From assembly GCA_000320545.1 (NCBI GenBank), contig ADNK01001397.1:1-35099 (forward strand): 35,099 bases of DNA, read 5' to 3'. The notes below the pieces were generated by a model that worked only from the letters and a program-made list of their open reading frames with translations, ran no database searches and was not told the origin of the DNA. Shown piece after piece: positions 32,360 to 35,099 of this stretch. The position numbers and the translations under genes are program-made. Position 1 is the first letter of the stretch. Each line of letters begins with the position of its first letter. The DNA comes from Bigelowiella natans CCMP2755. Its lineage: Eukaryota; Protista; Cercozoa.

Positions 32360-33088
32360 TTAATCCTCGGGTTCCGCCTCCCGTAACTGATTTTTTGTTG
32401 GAGAATTTAACTGACTCTGTATGCCTTGTTTCTCCTCTTTAGGACTGGTTTGCTTAGACTGATTCTTTGCTGTAGAATTTGTTTTTTTTTTTAGCGAACT
32501 TAACTGGCTTTCGATGTCATTTTTCTCCTCTTTGAGACTGGCCAATTTAGATTCGAATTCCGATTGTTGCTTATCGAGGTTTTCAATTTCCGAGTTTATA
32601 TCCTTTGGCCTAGCACTCACCGCAAACGGATGAATCGCTTCTGATCCACGCGCTGCTGACTCCATGTTTTGCATTTCGGACTCCCGATCTCTGCTTGGGC
32701 TTGCGTTCTGACCACGTCGAGACCCATAAGAATTGTGAGAAACACTTGGAGATTCTGGATTTTTTGCATGGCTTGATTTTGATCTTGATCTAGATCTACT
32801 ATGTTCCTTCTTTCGCTTAATCTTTAATGCCCTGCCGGTTTCCGATTTGTAAAAATCCACGATTTCATTCTTTTGATTGTCGGCGCTGAACCAATACCTA
32901 AGAACGACATCTTCCGGGTCGACCATAACTCGGGATATCTTATCCAGGCTTCGTTCTTCAAACCGGGCCTCGGCTGCCTTCCAACCACTGAATTTCTCAA
33001 TTTGGAAGACGTCAGCCTTGAGGTAGACGACGCAGAACCTCCCCGCCGTACATATGATACTCAGGTCGATGCTCGAGCAGCACCCCAT
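32360..33088 (-). CDS. Hypothetical 242-aa protein; N-terminal MGCC dual-acylation motif, C-terminal coiled coil
   Basis: Single uninterrupted ORF: MGCCSS start, globular-looking ~85 aa, an RS-rich linker, and a heptad-rich INSEIENLDKQQSEFESKLASLKEEK segment. Confidence 0.65.
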   Translation of the reverse strand: MGCCSSIDLSIICTAGRFCVVYLKADVFQIEKFSGWKAAEARFEERSLDKISRVMVDPEDVVLRYWFSADNQKNEIVDFYKSETGRALKIKRKKEHSRSRSRSKSSHAKNPESPSVSHNSYGSRRGQNASPSRDRESEMQNMESAARGSEAIHPFAVSARPKDINSEIENLDKQQSEFESKLASLKEEKNDIESQLSSLKKKTNSTAKNQSKQTSPKEEKQGIQSQLNSPTKNQLREAEPED

Positions 33089-33650
33089 CTAGCCAAGGGC
33101 AATCTCCTGCCTAAGCATTCACACCTTGAACTGAGCGGTTCTCTGCACTACCAGCCCACCCCTTCCGTTCGTCTCTGTCAACGGGCAGTTTCGGCTCGAG
33201 CGTTATTTCCAAACCATATGCAGATCTATGAGATAATATGTTATAAATACAGTGCATTTATTGACTGCGACAATATTTAGTAAAAAACCTCAAATATATT
33301 GCATTAATTGAGTGCGACATGGAATCCAGATGATATTTTGGCAATTTTCTCACGAGTTCGGAAGGCAGCGATCTAAGTCTCCGCCTCGTTCTGACCAAGC
33401 GCGGAAGCGTTCCTTCGCAGCTCCCCATGACGTCACGGAGCGGGGTCGGAAATGAGCCTTCGAGCGATGAAAAGGGGCAGCAGGGGACAAAACAATGGTT
33501 CAATTCGTCGGTGATTAACAACGGTGAGAACTTTCGAAAAATAACTAAGAAGAGACGTGCACACTAGTATGCTCACTGGCATGCACGCTCTTATACGACC
33601 ACACTACTCTTCGTGTTTGGACAGTATTCGGGGCATTTAAAGGAAGCGGG

Positions 33651-33927
33651 ATGTCGCCGCTGCCTACCCCTAGCCGAGTGCGTTTGCTCAATGCCACCGA
33701 CAAGAACCTAGAACTAGAATGGGAAATCATGGATTATTCTGAGTCGGAAGAGCCGTCGAAGGAAACCAAAGCAACGTCTCACAAGAAGGTCATTGACAAC
33801 GTCCAATCACCGTCACTCGAACATGCAATCAATCGAGAAGGGTTGCATTGAGAGCTATCTTTTATTGCGAAGATGAACTGACGGCTCGTTGAATAATACA
33901 CACACACACACATACACACACACGCAC

Positions 33928-33977
<50 letters not shown>

Positions 33978-34658
33978 CAGAAGGAGTCGTACTTCTTCGG
34001 TCTATTTGGGTCCAGCAAATCGAAAAAAAACAATGGAGCTTCAAATGAGCACGGGGAGGAGAAGGACGGCAACTCAGCAGAGGCACTCAACCCCGTCCCT
34101 ATGGAAGACGAGGCAGCTTGGGGAGAGGAACCTGCTGTGCCGCGCCCGGATCCTATGAGCGAAAACGATGATGATGATGATAATGATGATGATGCAAAGA
34201 TGGGGGACATCAGAACGAATTCCCCCCCCTCAACTGCTGACGATCCCAAAGAGAGTAAACCGAAGCGGCGGCAGTGGGAATTCGAGGTGCAATATTGCGA
34301 GAAGGCCTCGTGGCAGGCAAGGTTTATTTGGACAAAACGCATTACGAGGAGCACGACCATCATCCTCAGCGAACTCTCTCCTTCTACAAGCTATCTTGTA
34401 AGAGTGCGGGCAAGGGGAGTTCTGGGGGGGCCGACGGGAGCCACAGAAACGGGGGGGGCGGGCGGGAAGGAATCAAACGAAAGCGGGACGACTAGGAATC
34501 AAAGTGGCGATAAGAATCACTGTGGAAAATGGGGGGGGTTGTCCGAGATCGCTGAGTTCATGACGAGGGGGCGACTGCAGCATGAAGCCAAGGAAACAAT
34601 GGAGAGAGTCAACGCTTATTTTGCGGAGAAGCTCAAACCATATCCGGAGGACAGGTAG
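33651..34658 (+). CDS. Fibronectin type III domain protein (3' end uncertain)
   Basis: Exon 1 LPTPSRVRLLNATDKNLELEW (FN3 strands A-B), an intron ending at 33980, then FEVQYCE..IILSELSPSTSYLVRVRAR..KWGGLSEIAEFMT (strands C-G). The TAG at 34656-34658 overlaps a donor, so a further exon 34989-35037 is possible. Confidence 0.7.
33898..33977. repeat. Compound (CA)n-(TA)n-(TG)n microsatellite, quasi-palindromic, just before the acceptor at 33980
   Basis: Directly visible. Confidence 0.9.
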
Positions 34659-34688
34659 TACTGCCACCAATGAGACAAAACACAGCAA

Positions 34689-34691
34689 CAA

Positions 34692-34723
<32 letters not shown>

Positions 34724-34917
34724 AGAAGAAGAAAAAGCCGTGACGGCAATAGGCCGTACAATCGAGAAGCTATCACGATGTTGTTCACAAGCGCCTACTC
34801 AAACAGTAGCAATAGCAGCCATAAGGACACCGTTATCATCGTCATCATCACCATCATCATCATCATCATAATTATCATCATCAGCAGCAGCAGTAAATAG
34901 CAGCAGTACCACGTACG

Positions 34918-34958
<41 letters not shown>
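34689..34958. repeat. Cluster of simple repeats (AAG)n, (ATC)n, (CAG)n and (CA)n
   Basis: Directly visible. Confidence 0.9.
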
Positions 34959-34959
<1 letters not shown>

Positions 34960-35099
34960 ACAGCTACCAAGACTCAACGATTGACAAGGCCGGCCGGGTG
35001 GGCCTTGGCCTCGTGCACACCTTGGATTTCATGGTAGCAGCTAGCGAGTCATCGTCGCACATTCTTCCTGCTCACAACGTGTTATATTTTCACCGATTT

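Noticed and set aside
279-34977. ORFs made of CVCV, HTHT, ERER or SLSL runs
   Set aside because: Translations of intronic microsatellites.
1-35099. CRISPR array, rRNA or tRNA genes, prokaryotic operon-type systems
   Set aside because: Eukaryotic spliced genes throughout. No spaced direct repeats or cloverleaf seen; the only tRNA-like sequence is the retrotransposon PBS.

Overview
Gene-dense, intron-rich eukaryotic nuclear DNA with short GT-AG introns and many intronic (GT)n/(CT)n microsatellites. The host is probably an alga with a secondary plastid; a chlorarachniophyte is my best inference, from the bipartite presequence on FtsY plus a SCAR/WAVE subunit. Ten host genes alternate strictly in strand as five divergent pairs: partial orphan (-) / NCKAP1 (+); CCR4-family EEP nuclease (-) / MZT1 (+); PSMD12/RPN5 (-) / IWR1 (+); plastid FtsY (-) / FAD-dependent oxidoreductase (+); MGCC-acylated orphan (-) / FN3 protein (+). 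An intact, very recent 5716-bp Ty3/Gypsy LTR retrotransposon (18272-23987, minus strand) sits between IWR1 and FtsY, with apparently identical 326-bp LTRs and an AACA target-site duplication. Two architectures stand out. (1) The Gypsy polyprotein ends in a degenerate DIRS-type N6-adenine methyltransferase (Dam)-like domain where chromoviruses carry a chromodomain, and its integrase has an atypical DD(27)E core. (2) The CCR4-like nuclease has a complete Mut7-C (PIN-like plus Zn-ribbon) domain inserted inside its EEP fold, part of it encoded by an 18-nt microexon. All family assignments come from motif recognition by eye; no searches were run.
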